DNA of 64,000 bases from Hydrolagus colliei (GCA_035084275.1 CM068755.1:13082001-13146000), one strand, 5' to 3'; counted from the stretch's first letter, positions 1-13,411 are shown. Translations and numbers: made by a program. Notes: generated from the letters alone by a model not told the origin.

Positions 1-1437
1 CCTGGAGATTTAGACATCCTTAATGTTCAATGAACCAATTCCATAAGTGCTTGACCCTAGAATGAACTTGGTATTAAAGTCAACAAACCTATAGCTGCCA
101 CCCTTGGCTCTTTAGTTGGGAGTGAGGCTTTATAAGCGCAAGGAGACATTCATGCTATAACTTTATTGAAATACAGAAAGGTGTAATTATTCTTAAGGAG
201 TGAAAACAGAGAAACAGGGCGTCCAACAATAAAATAGTAAGAATTGGCAGGTTTACAAATCCCATCAGGTATTCTCGTACTTTCTTTTCGTGATTGATTT
301 AATGTACTCGCCAAGTGTATTGTAAGGCATGGTAAGTTCATAACTCAGTAGATTGTCTTCATTGCACATTCGCAAAATATTAACCCAAATTGAATCTCAC
401 TCCAACCTGCTTAAGGGATTGTCTCCAGCTGTTAATGATGATATTCACATGTCTCTTCCCATAAGCACGTATCATTTGAGTTCACTACACTTAGCATCGT
501 GATGAACCTCTAGCAAAATAGATTACTTTGGGGGTCAAAAGCTTTCAGTTATACTGCTAAGAAATAGCAGATCTTCTGTTGTTATGCCTCTGAGATTTCT
601 TAGGACCTTGAATCTACCAAAGGTTCCGTTGCATCTGAATTAAGGATTGCCAGAAAACTCAACAGGTTGTTCTAACAGAACAAAGACAAATTGAGTTAGG
701 ATAAGTGCTTTGCAAAGTTTTGTTCTAGATACCCTTAGAGTGAACGGCAGGCAGATATTAAAAGGGAAGACTACCACAGGAGATATTAAGTATTAAGTCT
801 CTGTTTGCTCAATGATAACTCTTAGGCCATGTGAATGACTGCTGATGCTGGCAGTTCTATCTGGCAAAAGCAAACACAGAAATAACGTTATAAATGAGAA
901 GTTCAGAACTCTGTGGTGGTGAGCAGAACATTTAGACTAATATATATTATAAGCGTTAGTGGTGCAGTGTTTAGTTTGCAGTAAGCAGATTTCCCTTTTT
1001 TATTTCCTCGTCCTCATCAAATCCTTTTTGCTTCTCCTTCCTTCCTGCTTCTTTATTCTTTTGTCCTTTGTTATAACAGTCATTGATCTATCTAATTCAT
1101 CACTTTAGGGAGTACAATACAACATTAAGGATCACACTGCACAATTGAGTGTCTGCGTAACATGCCATGGAACAGAAGCCAGGATTGGTGTCACAGCCAA
1201 AAAACCTTAATCAAGATTTTCTTTTGTAGCTTGAAAGAAAATATGACCATTATCTCAGAAAGTATATTAAAACGATACGAGATGCAGAGCACATAAATAT
1301 ACTGGCTTCTCCAAAATAACTGGGGTTTGACACTTTGATTATAAGCAGTAGCCAAGATGACTGGGTGGGATAGAAAGCCAGTTATCTGGTATTCTGTGGC
1401 ACATCACCAACATGCAGTTCCATTAACCTGTACTTAC

Positions 1438-1540
1438 AGTCCAAAAATGGGCTGTTAGATCCTGTACTAGCGTTTGGCTTTGCTATAAGAAATTCAGTGC
1501 AGAAGGAAGCTTCAGGATAGGTATCGAAAGGCGATCCGAC
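1438..1540 (-). CDS. candidate internal exon of an unknown gene (VGSPFDTYPEASFCTEFLIAKPNASTGSNSPFLD)
   Basis: Minus strand: acceptor cacttacttttgtatcacccag, 103 nt with only the phase-0 frame open, donor ACT|gtaagt. Peptide not recognised. Confidence 0.2.
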
Positions 1541-1861
1541 CTGGGTGATACAAAAGTAAGTGGGTAATAAAGCCACAGATTAACAATGGAGCAGGAGGAA
1601 AGGTCAAGCCTGATATTCTAACCAAAGTGGTACAGGCAAGAGTTTATTTGAAAGGGAGCCTCAGAAAAGGTAGTCAAGATCAGGCATTACTGTAAGTACA
1701 AGGAGCTGGCTCCTTGCTACAATTCAAAAGCACAATTCAAAGGTTTAGACACATGTGTACTTTTTTTTTAATCGTGTTCAAGATTGTACATATTGAAGTA
1801 AAAATGGTCATTCACTGCATGGCTGTTTGTCATAGTGCTTTGTTCTGTGGCTGCTACATAT

Positions 1862-1925
1862 CAATAACAACTTCGATTTATATTGCGCCCTCCACGCCCG
1901 GACGGCGTCTCAGAGGGCTTTACAT
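1862..1925 (-). mobile_element. L2 LINE 3' terminus
   Basis: (aac)n tail followed by gatttatattgcgccctccacgcccggacggcgtctcagag; closely similar to 4417-4485. Confidence 0.75.
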
Positions 1926-4416
1926 AACACAGTCATTACACTTCACAGTAAAACCGATGAAATGGGTCTAATCTACAAGATTCCTTAAAAAAGACGAGGG
2001 TAGAGTTCCCTCACATCGGCATCAGGAAAACTTTAAATTCGGCCTTATTCTCATAATACATGTATATGTATTATATATACACACATAATATATATATAAC
2101 TATATATTGTACACGTCCTTCCAATGTGAAAGGTACTATATAAATGTAAATTGTATCATATATTATTCTAAGTCATGAAACACAAATGAAAATATAAATT
2201 ATTTTTTCCTTCGTCTCCACATTATATCCTCTAAATATCAGGGATTCTCTTAGAAAGAGCTGCCCAATGCACAGCGCACAACCTATGGTTAACTCACGTT
2301 TTTAGGTGGATCAGTGAAAGGTTACAGAATAATGCAAGTTTTTTGGCATCAAACTGTTCTGTAAGAAAATTAGCTTTGGAATTGGAGTATTCTGCGCTTC
2401 AATAAAACATTACAACGAGCTTCTGGTCTGAGAGGTCTCTGGAAGCATACAGTCTACTTGTTAGAGAGTCAACCTAATTACTCTCATGAATAAATAAAAT
2501 GCTCCTCTTTCCACGTTCCCTTATCCCTTTTACTATCAGGTCATATCACTGTAAGTGTCAGTTGTGCCTCTACAGAATTTTCATACTTTCATTTTAACAC
2601 AACGAAAGGCACAGGAGCCTTACTGCTACTGGCTACATACCTATTTAAAAATTCTATGTATGATTATTTTATTCTGGTTTAGGAGGAGATCAAAAACGAA
2701 GAATCGCAAACCATATTGCACAATTTTGTTTTGTTCCTCGCCTTTCGTAGACATATTTGAAGCTCTACGCTTCCATACATAAAAAGAATATTCAAAGGTT
2801 AAAGTAGAAATGTAAAGTCAGGGTGACAAAAAGCAGCGCATTCAGTTGGAAAGGTGAGCTTTCCAAAGCCATTAAAAGGAAAAGCAGCAAAATGGTCCTC
2901 TGTAGATGCGATTGTCAGATAAGCACAGGAGTGCGAAATTGTAGTTGCAAAGCTATTTAGAGCAAAGAAAACCACCTTATTACCCTGCCATTTTTACTGT
3001 TTCGTGTGACATTAGAAAGTCAGGCCTGACATACATTTTTTATGTCTTCATAAAGTCGTCCTCTGACCAGGTCACCCTCCTCATAACTAGGGAGCAGTAC
3101 ACTTGAAAAACCCATTAATCACTGTTGAAAGGAGCTCCTGTCTGCCCCTTCAATATGCACAGTCTGGCAAGAATTGTTCAGTGCAAATGCTAAGTTACTT
3201 GTTCTCCAATGCCAAATGACCCATTCATTTCTATTAGCATGGCTGCTGTGAAGGACAGGTTCGATTTCTGCACATGCACTGTCTTATGGGAAATGTCCTG
3301 GCACAAAGACAGCACACCACATAAGATCATTCATATTCATTTCCTTTGATGATGAACCACTGTGGGACGTTCGCATTGATGCCAGCCTACAAGGATTTTA
3401 TTATCATTAGGGCAAGTGTCGACCGTGAAAGTTCGGATATATTTGGGCTTTTGCATTTGGAAAGACTGACACTTAAATCATCTTAAAATAATCTGCATCC
3501 AAAATTTGAAGCTAAGAAGACCTATTGACAAAGATGGTAAAAGCCACACTATATTTTACAGATAAATGGTTCATACTGTTACAGGCTGAGGCACATTGTC
3601 ACCATTCAACTATTAGAGGATCAGATTCTTACCCGCTACTATTTTATCATTGGAGGCAAACATATATCCTCGTACTATTGTAGCACCGCAAACTGAACAT
3701 ATCCTTATTTCTCTGCACTACTCTGCCAGCGTCTCAGATTAATATCTAGCAGTAGACTGTCAATGCTGTGTAAGTAAAGAACGAGCACATTAAATCTACC
3801 TTTCATAAGCTTTCCCTGCACTAAAGTCCCAATAGATCAGATATGCACCAGCCTATATTCACGTTATCACCGAGACCTCTATACTGCCTCACTTACACGC
3901 ACACAAACATACGCACTACCCAATTTTGTCATAAAATAAACACACAATCGTAGCCTTTCAATGACACCAAGTGAGGGTTTCAACTCCCAAAACTCAGTCT
4001 GGGACACAGTCCAAAATACATACAGTTGATTTATATATAATTCTCAGTGTTTGGGAGTAAGTAAGCAAGGATAATCCACAAAGATGAAAGTGTGGAGTTG
4101 TGTACAGGACATCTGGCCAGTAACTGTGATGCAGTATCTGCCCTAACTCTAAAGATTGATGTTCTTCCTGACCAATTGCTGTATTCTTCCATCACACCTG
4201 TGTAGTTGATGTTTCCACTTGCGATCGAAAGAAACATAATGCAGGAAAACTAAATACGGTTCCTCCAATTTTTTTCCGCATCTCGCATAGACTCAAGGCT
4301 CTCGTGTTCATTATTGCTGCCTTAGAGAGTGAATGTCAGTAGGCTATTCAACCATGGAGAGGATCACAGTCCTTGCCTGATATCCCCACTGGTGCACTTT
4401 CCAGAATAAATTGCTG

Positions 4417-4585
4417 AACAACAACAACAACAACTTTGATTTATATAGCGCCCTCCACGCTAGACGGCATCTCAGAGCGCTTCACAATAGCGGATCCCGG
4501 GACAGAGCCAGGGGCAGGGGTAGAAAGGTGACCGAAGGCACGGTCGAAGAGAAATGTCTTCAGCTGAGAAAAGAGGGGGCCGCTG
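4417..4585 (-). mobile_element. L2 LINE 3' end (end of ORF2 plus 3' UTR)
   Basis: (aac)n tail, gatttatatagcgccctccacgc...cagagcgcttcac, then gtcgaagagaaatgtcttcag (minus strand reads LKTFLFD, typical of the L2 ORF2 C-terminus). Confidence 0.8.
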
Positions 4586-4974
4586 AACAGTGATCAGAAG
4601 CTTGGATGTCTCTTGTGTTTTCCTCTTTCCTTGCCTAGGTGTACCGAAGGGAATTAACATTCTTCTATGTTCATTCCAACTTGGCTGAGACAAGGATCAA
4701 AACTGAGAGCTTGCTGATCCACAGGGCTCAGTACCAGACCAGGCAGTGCATTTACATCCTAATAATTGGGAGAGGAAACACAATCTGTAATGAATAAAAC
4801 AATGTTTACTTTTGCATGCTCTTAGTAATGAATTGTCTTCTCCTTTGTGACAAAACATGTTATATGATTGACTTTAATATTGAGTAGATCTTGGATGTGA
4901 AATCCAAGGAATGTAACACAAGCATGAAAAATGTATCGCAACATAAAGCTTGCCTAGTCATTGCTAATGCTCGA

Positions 4975-5297
4975 ATGCAGTGATGGGGGATGTGGGGCAT
5001 TGTCGGAGATGTGTCCTTCGAATGAGACATCAAACGACATTTTTTACTGCCAGTTCTGCTGGATGGTAAGGATCCAATGGCTCTATTCAAAAGAAGAAGG
5101 GAGTTCCTCCTGATATCTTGGCCAAAAATTCTACAACTAAAATTGGTTAGTCACTCCGTGGCCATTTGTAGGACATTGGTGTGTGTTAATTGGCAGCCAC
5201 ATTACATACTGTAAGACGCTTACGCCCACAACCATGCTTTGAGATGTTCTCCTAATGTGAAAGGTGCTATATTGAATGCAAGGATTATTTTTTATTA
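4975..5297 (+). mobile_element. Deu-domain SINE (SacSINE1-like), 5' truncated and diverged
   Basis: tgtcggagatgtgtccttcgaatgagac...gatccaatggctctattcaaaagaagaagggagttc...ttggcagccac, ending gtgaaaggtgctatattgaatgcaaggattatt. Confidence 0.75.
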
Positions 5298-7361
5298 GGA
5301 TATCCTGGATAAATTTTTTTCCCTCTGAATTCAAAACCCATCTTTAACAGCAAGTGCATATTCCTAAAGTACGTACAATTCATTGTTGTTGCATAAATTT
5401 GCACTGCTTGTGAAACTGCTGAACTTTCGAAGGGCCATGTGCAACCAAAGGAAACTGTAAATAATTTATTGACAGTGATAGTCACTGAAGAGGAACAAAT
5501 AGTGTTTCACTAAGAACCGGTAACCTCTAACCTTCTCTTTTGCTAGAATACCTGAAGTGAAAGCCTGATTGCATTAGTGAAATATTTATTTGATGGCATT
5601 TTAATATTCTGTCTTGATGACTTCTTAGCAACATTTAGTTTCGGAGGTCTTATGCGATTCCTCCTAGGAAATGAAACATGTCAAAACTCATTACAAAAAT
5701 CAAAATTTAAATACTTGAGCCACATTAGGTTTATGCACACAATCCCAGTAGCACATAAACACAGTTCACAAGCACTCATTTGCTTGCTCGACTCTAATGA
5801 ATGAGTTTGATGAAGCATGTTGGGTCATGAAACATACATTACCAATCTGATTTAACCCATTAAGGCCCAGGTCCTCATGAATTGAATCTGCACATCCTGG
5901 GACCCAAGCAGGGGAGGATCCAATACATATTTCTAACCCAGACTCAGTAGCAATGCACAGATTGTTGGAGCCAGCAACTGATCCAATGCCCAGCAATTCA
6001 AACTTAAACCACCAAATCGGTAAAACAACTATGACTATTTTACTCAATGTTTAAAACAAACATAATAGGGTCGGGATTTTGTGATGTGCCTCCTTTGACT
6101 TAAAAGGCAATTTATTAACAATCCCCTCCGCGCCCCCGCGCCTCCCCACCCCACCACCAAAGAAACATTTTAATTCAATACATAATAACTCTTGTAACAT
6201 TCAGTGATGCGGCATATAAATTGTCAGATCATAAATGTTAAGTGTGGCATGCATATTTTATACGAGCAAATGGAAGTGGAAAACTTTCACTTGCACTCGG
6301 AGAAGGTCAGCGTCGCTAAAGCTTACATGAACAGTTTGAATAGGAGCCTGTTTAGGACTGGTACACATTAGAACAGGGGGTGTGAGTCACACTGCTGCTA
6401 TTATTCAGCTATTTCATGTTTTTTACGCACTTGTAAATATCCAGAGCTGGACTTATTGACGCAATTTTTGTTAAATTGTAGGAGATATCAATATTTCTTA
6501 ATTCTCCGTATTTCCCTAATCAGTAAACTGATCAAAGAGGCACTGTTATGTGTCAGCCCTCTTTCAATTAATAGTGTTTTTTCTGGAAACGCGCGTCACT
6601 TTCAAGCGAGTTACATTTCCAGTTACACAGAACCAACTGTGTAGCCATCATTTGATCTCTTATTTTGATGGTGCAGCTGGAAATGGTACTCTGTTGCATT
6701 AGAGATTCTTCTCAAATTTGCAAGGCTGACCTCAATGCAAATCAAGCCAACAAACAGATGACAGAGACATTGCCTTTCCCTAACGGTTCATGTTGGGGAC
6801 AAGTGACATAAATGTCAGTATTTTGGTTCAGGTTTCACCAGCTACACCACAAATGTTCTGAACCCTGCAACTACCACAGCCCTGTTGCTCCTAGCTGCTC
6901 AAGAACAGGGAAGCTTGCCACATAGTGTTCTCAATGACAAGTTTTAGCCTGTTGAATTACAGCGGTACCTTCAACACCAAGCCTTGGGTCTTGCCAGCTG
7001 TGCCTCAGCTTTAAAGATTGGGTTACGTAAGTCAGTCACAAGGTTGCTTTTGATGAAGAAAGCCCTATTTAATCTCATCCTTCCAGACTAGCCAGTCTAC
7101 CAACTTCTCATCACAGCAGCAAGCTTTGTCTTATAAAAATGATTGCAGAATCCCGACCTCCGCCACCCTTCTTGGCAAACTGTCCCAGTTGTTATTTGTC
7201 CTCCAGGTAAAAAACGATACCCGCTGGTATTAAATTTGCAGAAGCAGCATTGAAGTGCCACGATGCTCAGACAGTGGGTTTAATGACAACGTCACAAAGG
7301 GAATTCAGTTCTCACAATTTACACAAGGTCAGGGAGGCATGGTGCGTGGGGGAAACTCACC

Positions 7362-7601
7362 CAACAACTACAACAACTTGCACTTATATTGCGCCCTCCA
7401 AGCTGGGTAACGTTTCAGACCACTTATCAGTGGTGCAGCCTGGCTCCAAACCATGGCGGTGGTGGTGGGGAGGGGTGGGGATGGGGAAGTGTGAAGAGTA
7501 GCAGCTGACCGTAAACACGGTTGAAGAGGAAGGTTTTCAGGCAGGACTTGAAAAAGGGGAGAGAGCAGCCAGGCAGGGGGTATTGAGGGAGAGTATTCCA
7601 G
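7362..7601 (-). mobile_element. L2 LINE 3' end
   Basis: (aac)n tail plus cacttatattgcgccctcca; minus-strand ORF 7427-7633 contains SLPFFKSCLKTFLFNRVYG. Confidence 0.8.
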
Positions 7602-8673
7602 TTACCATACCATTCAGTAGGACAAGAACTCATGTGCTGATATCACCGATGGTAATTAACTCATAAAATAATGCATTCTGCACCCCCTTTATTTCTTATT
7701 CGTCCACAGTGTTTATTACGTGTGTTTGAAATCATCCTCTTCTCACCAATGCATCATTTAAATACATGGTTTGACGATTTGGAAGAACTGAAAGGTATCA
7801 CTACGACATACATTAACAAGAGCTGCACAGTTTTTTTATATGCCTGACACAGAACTGATCTTCTGTAACAGAAATTTATGCTAATGGTCTTCTGCATATG
7901 CTTAACTCAGATATCTATATTAAAGTTAATAGACTGTTACATTACTTCTTAACCCTGGTTCCATACGCAATTAGCTTCTCTGATTTTTTTCTAAAACATT
8001 AGCAACACTGTGAAACACCCAGCACCATTTTATGCACGGTGTACTGACTGTGTGCTAACTTTTTTACTGGCCACTAGAGCTGCAAAAATTATTTGAATAT
8101 TTAATTAACAGTAAATTATTGTAGTAATTCAAGCAGATGAATGCCACTTGTACTTGTTCTCCCACCCCCTTCCCATGTGACATTTAATAGAATATGTGTG
8201 AAGTACTTCAATCAATTTACTCTCTACAAAAGTAACTAAAGTCTTTCATGATTGTTTATCTTCTAATAATATGATGGTAACTCACTTTTAAGGGCAGTCG
8301 ACAGACTGGTCTATTTTGGCTTTATTGCTGAGCTGCTCTTAACAGTGAGAAATGGTGGAAGCCTCAGCATTCTCTAGTTGTTCGATATTTGTCCACGAAT
8401 TGCAAAATCATCTAACTTTACAGTATATATTTTGAGAAGTGCTTTAAGAAATCCTCCTGTTGTGAAATTTGCTATGAAAGGATAATTATTCTTATGCAAA
8501 TTAAAGGATAATTATTCTTAGGGACTCTGAGATGCTACCCTGCTTGAAGGATGCCATATATTATTATTATCATTATTATTAATAAATTGGTTGGATATTT
8601 CTATTTGCTGCATCAAAAAATCTAGCAGAAATTGCACTTAAATGTGCAACTCATGAGCAACAATAATATGTAT

Positions 8674-9025
8674 AAATAATAATAATCCTTGCATTTGGTG
8701 TTGGTATTTCATGTTGCAAGGATGTCTCAAAGCACATTACAGCATATATTGTAAAGTGCAGTAACTGTGTATTTGCATGTAAATATAGCTGACCATATGC
8801 TCACACCAATGTCCCACAAACAGCCATGAATGACCAGTTTTATTTCAGAGACTGTTGTTCAGGACACCAAGAAAAATGTCCTTCTCCTTCTGAGTAGTGC
8901 CCTGGGATCTGAACAGGCAAATGGGACCAGGCAAATGGTTTAAATATCTCACCCGAAGGTCAGTAGCTTCGATAATGGAAAAGAACCCCAGCCCTGCACT
9001 GGAGCACATGGCTTAGACTCTGTGA
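8674..9025 (-). mobile_element. Deu-domain SINE (SacSINE1-like), head missing
   Basis: (aat)n ccttgcatttg tail, aatgtcccacaaacagccatg core, tagtgccctgggatct, ggtttaaatatctcacccgaagg, ctgcactggag. Confidence 0.8.
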
Positions 9026-10149
9026 ACATGGAAACAAATTTGTTTCTGTACCCAGATCAGAACAGCCACCTCCGAAACCATCATTAAGAAGCGTGTTTGG
9101 AGTCAGCACTGGTTCCAAAGATAATTAAAACATAATAAAACAAAATTAATAAGTCACATATAAAAATATGAAGTATATGTCGGAAATCAATACATAATTT
9201 ATTATTTGATTTTCAACAAATCAATTGCAGTTATTCAAAAATATTATATATTTGTCCCCCCCAACCAGAGCATTTAGTAAAATAATAATTCTGTCATTGT
9301 GCTTACACATTATACACTGCTGTTATGATTTATAATGAGTACTTCTTGCTTGGGCATACAAAGATACATGTAATAGTGGCTTAAATCAAATTTAATAATT
9401 GTTCTTAAATATACCTAAATGTTGATTTTTGACAAGTAAAGGTACACTCGTGTTCCAGGTGACCAATTCTTGAATAAGTGAATTGGAAAGTTTATGAGCT
9501 GGCAGGAAAATGCAATTCCGCTGAAGGACATGAATGAATAAAAATAATAATATTTTTTGTATTTGGTATAGCAACCTAGGATATCTCAGAACAGAACGTC
9601 TCAATGCTCTCCATGGGATTGACTGCAAAGAGTAGGGACTGTATACATGTAGGTGAACACAGCAGTCAATTTGTACACGACAAAGCTCCATAAACAGTGG
9701 GCAAAAGTAGTGTCCGGGAACCAAATTGAAATGAAAGGTAAAGTTATAATAAAAAGAGAAGAAAATAATTTAATTGCTGCTATTTTGATAGTGTTGTCTG
9801 CTGTATTTATTATATGCATCGAAATATGTTCCAAAGTAGAAACAATTCACTATTTTTACAAGCTTTCCATTAACAGCAGATATATTACATACATGGTACC
9901 ATTGCTGAACCGTTCATAGAGAAATCGTGAATGTGTGGAAATTCTTTACCATCATTTATATTGGTAAAAAAATATCATGGCAGCACAAGTAATGTCAAAA
10001 AGCCCTGACTGCTCTGACCAGGAGACTGAGATAAAGCTGGCAAACAATCACAGTAATCTGATTTGAGTGGTGAACGTTGCTGAACTTTGACTGACTTCTA
10101 ACCATTGTTTTGAGCTGAACTGATGATAATGCAACGTGATTGAGGTTAC

Positions 10150-10254
10150 CCTGGTGAAACAGATCGAGGGGATTTTCCGATCTTCGTTAACTGTATCCAC
10201 CTTGATGAGCAAGGGCTCCCTCCTCTCCGACCTTGCCACAGTGAACGGCATCAT
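10150..10254 (-). CDS. candidate first coding exon (MMPFTVARSERREPLLIKVDTVNEDRKIPSICFTR)
   Basis: GC/CpG-richer island; in-frame TGA just upstream of ATG ATG; 35 codons end at AGG|gtaacc (phase 0). Peptide not recognised. Confidence 0.25.
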
Positions 10255-10409
10255 AACTCACATGGCCAAAGATTGATACGCGTGCGGCTTGTAGAAAAGC
10301 CTTGGGTGTGCCTGGCAGATTAATATCGCGAAGTTGGCAACCAAGCTGTATGATAACACCTCAGCCTCTCATTAAAATAATACTTGCCTATGATATTTGC
10401 ATCATATTC

Positions 10410-10590
10410 TGTGCACGTTGCGCCCACAAATATACAATCGCTACTGAATTTTTTGTGAAGCGCTTCGAGATGTCTCGAAGACATGATAAGGCGCTACATC
10501 AAATGCCAGGATTTTATTATTTTTTATTATATAGGGCCTTATCATTGTTGAGAAGCCTCAAAGTATTTCACGGAATATATTGTAAATTAT
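10410..10590. mobile_element. two SINE 3' tails joined tail-to-tail (+ 10410-10530, - about 10525-10590)
   Basis: tgtgaagcgcttcgagatgtctcgaagacatgataaggcgctacatcaaatgccaggatt(tta)n is followed by the inverted tail atagggccttatcattgttgagaagcctcaaagtatttcacggaatatattgtaaa. Confidence 0.75.
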
Positions 10591-10699
10591 TCTCTCCACA
10601 TGCCCCTCATATTTATTCTATGCCTCTCGTAGGTTCCCAATGTGAAACAGGGGCCTCACTTTACTAAGAAAACTAAGCGGGGGTGCCACCATTGGCAGG

Positions 10700-10872
10700 C
10701 AGAGGACTACTCTCCCACTCTCCCCTCTCCCACTCTCCTTCTCCTTCCCCCTATTTCGACCCACCCCCACACCCCCCACCCACCCCCGGTCGGGTTCTGA
10801 CCAGACTTTTCAGCGCTTTGGGACGTCCCCCCGACGTGATAGGCACTATATAAGTGCAATTCTGTTGTTGTA
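10700..10872 (+). mobile_element. L2 LINE 3' UTR and tail
   Basis: C-rich tract, then cagcgctttgggacgtccccccgacgtgataggcactatataagtgcaattctgttgttg. Confidence 0.75.
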
Positions 10873-11809
10873 CTTCATCCAGAGGTTGTTGAGGTGTCTC
10901 CTTTGATCTGCAAGACCAAGTAAATTTCAATAAAATGTGCAGGTTTGAAAAGTGTTTGATGGGTTTCACCAACAGAAGGTCTCTGTCCTTTTTTAAAAAA
11001 AATAAACAGTAGAAATACAAATTTCACCATTTGCATGGTGCTTTTCACACATCACATAGTATCCTAAGGTACAGTAAAAGCACCAGCATTATTCCATCTC
11101 CACCTTGAAGAAAGGTTCACCGAAAGACGTAGCGTAAAACGCTGCTGAGAAATAAAGCCGTCAATAACAGCAATTATGCAGCATTTCCATCAAATGGGTT
11201 ACAGATTTTCCAGCACCAAACAGGAACTCAATAGCAAGAACCACAAAGACAATATGTGTCAGTTTAAGACAGACTGAGTCCTTCTGTCCCTTCCATTCCC
11301 TGACCTACAAATTACCGCAAGTTATTTTATTGTTACAGATTCCCAGAAAGGACTTTTATTTCACAGTTAACACAAGGACAGGCAGTGTATTAACAACTAT
11401 CTCCGGGTTTCTGACAGTCACTTGAAGCCAAGCTCGGCAGTTTGTGAATGAAGCCTCGTTTCCCACTTGGCTACATAGTTATTTTTAATAAGAAAAACAG
11501 GTTAAAATGTTTTGCAGATAGGCCCGTAGGTTCTGTTTAATTCCTTCCGTAATTTGTCAGGCAAAATATGAGGCTTTTAACATCAAAATGAAGGGTTCTG
11601 AAAGCTGAATTCCCAGATGGGAAAGGCAAAGAAACTGCAATTTGTCCCTGGGAATAATTAAGAGCTAGAGATATGAGTAAGAAATACAGACAGGGTGTTT
11701 AGGTAAAAAAGATACAGAACCTAATTTGCACTAATACCACAGCTGAAAGTTCACACGTGATACTTAAATGTCACCAAGTCTAATGTTCTGAGGAGCCCAT
11801 TTTAACCCA

Positions 11810-11945
11810 TTGCAAGATATTGCTGTGTGCAAACTGGCTGCCACGTTCACCTACAAATACACAGCCACTACACGTTGGAGTAAAACTCTGTGAAGCACAC
11901 ACTCCCAATGCAATGGGTACTAAACCAAAATGCAATAATTATTTC
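11810..11945 (+). mobile_element. Deu-SINE 3' fragment
   Basis: ttgctgtgtgcaaactggctgccacgttcacctaca...ctgtgaagca...aaatgcaataattatt. Confidence 0.75.
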
Positions 11946-13411
11946 TTAGAGTAAAGGTGTTAAATTGATATTTTACTTAGCTACATGACACATAATTAAA
12001 TAAATATCCAAATTGTAAATCAATTTTCTTCCAGTGTACATTCTCATACCAACTGCCATACATTTAATGGGACAATTTCACTCTGATTGTGTCAAAAGGA
12101 TGCACACAAATAGGACTAAATGACTGGGGCACATTCATTGGAAAATTGTACACAAGGAAAAAGGAATGCAAGTGAAGTTTTCCTGCAGAAATAGCAGGAA
12201 CATGCTAATGGTAGCCAATAGTAGATGGTAAATGACCTTGAAAATGGATGTATTTAGTTTATCACTTTCCTATTACCTTGGTAATGTAGAAGTACAATGT
12301 GATTAATTGCACAAACACTGTAACCATTCACCCCAGATATATAGCAATCAACTAAGTGTGAAAGCGCCATTAAATCTTGCTTTTTTGCTATGTTTGTGGA
12401 CTTTCTTTCATTTCGTCCTCCTGATGAGAATTTGGGGGCTTGTGTTTGCTTGTTAACTGAAAATAACGATTTTGAAAGAACATCCTTATCAGTGCCCGAG
12501 AGCTGTAGCTTAGGATCCTGAAAACAACATCCTCGCAAAAGGGCTTACATTATCATTTCATAAGAAAAAGCAGACAGTGACATCTGCCCACCACTATGCC
12601 TTTGTCTTCAATAGGACACATTCATCAAAAAAAAATACACTGTCCCCTGAGCTTGGGCCCATATGCTGTTTGAAAATGTCACCAGTTTAAAAAGGTATTA
12701 ATTTGCTGTTTTCAAAACTCCATTTGGTATTCATGTGTTCCAAGTGTTTGAGTGCAGATTTCTGTAACTCGCTAAGATCCGGCACCACACAGGAAATCGG
12801 ACAGCTGTTGCTTGTGTTTTCAAAAAGAAATCTGAGGTAAAGCGATTAAAAAAGAAAACAGCAACATTATTGGCTGCTGCCGGCATTTGTGGGAGCCAAT
12901 ATGTTTATTACCAGCACCATTAACCAAAACATATGGACCTCCATTTGTCACAAGTCATTGTGGGAGAGGAGTGCACATCTGAAACAGCATTGAAATGTTA
13001 AAGGACGTGTTTGATCTGCTTCTTTTTTTCAAAGAATGCTGGTGATGTGACAACGTACATAACACTATCGTAAAGGTTAATGCTGTATGCTTAATGAAGT
13101 GTGAAGAATTTAAGGATCATAAAGGATAATGTGCTCGGCTCCTAACTGTTTGATAGCAAAAGGTCACTGCTACTGGTTTCCATGTCAGATGTGCAGAAGT
13201 GTAAGCGGACCAGGTAGGCAGCAAAACGATGGGTAGAAATCTCGCTCGCTGACAACCTCTTTATCAGTAAAGCTAATGGATGAATGGAGTGCAGGAACAT
13301 TTATTGGGTCAGTCAAAGTGGCCAATGTTCTCAAAGGATGAGACAGACTCTTTTTAATCGTTATGACTTTGCCACACAGCATTATTTTGCTCAGAAAGTA
13401 CACACAGTGTA

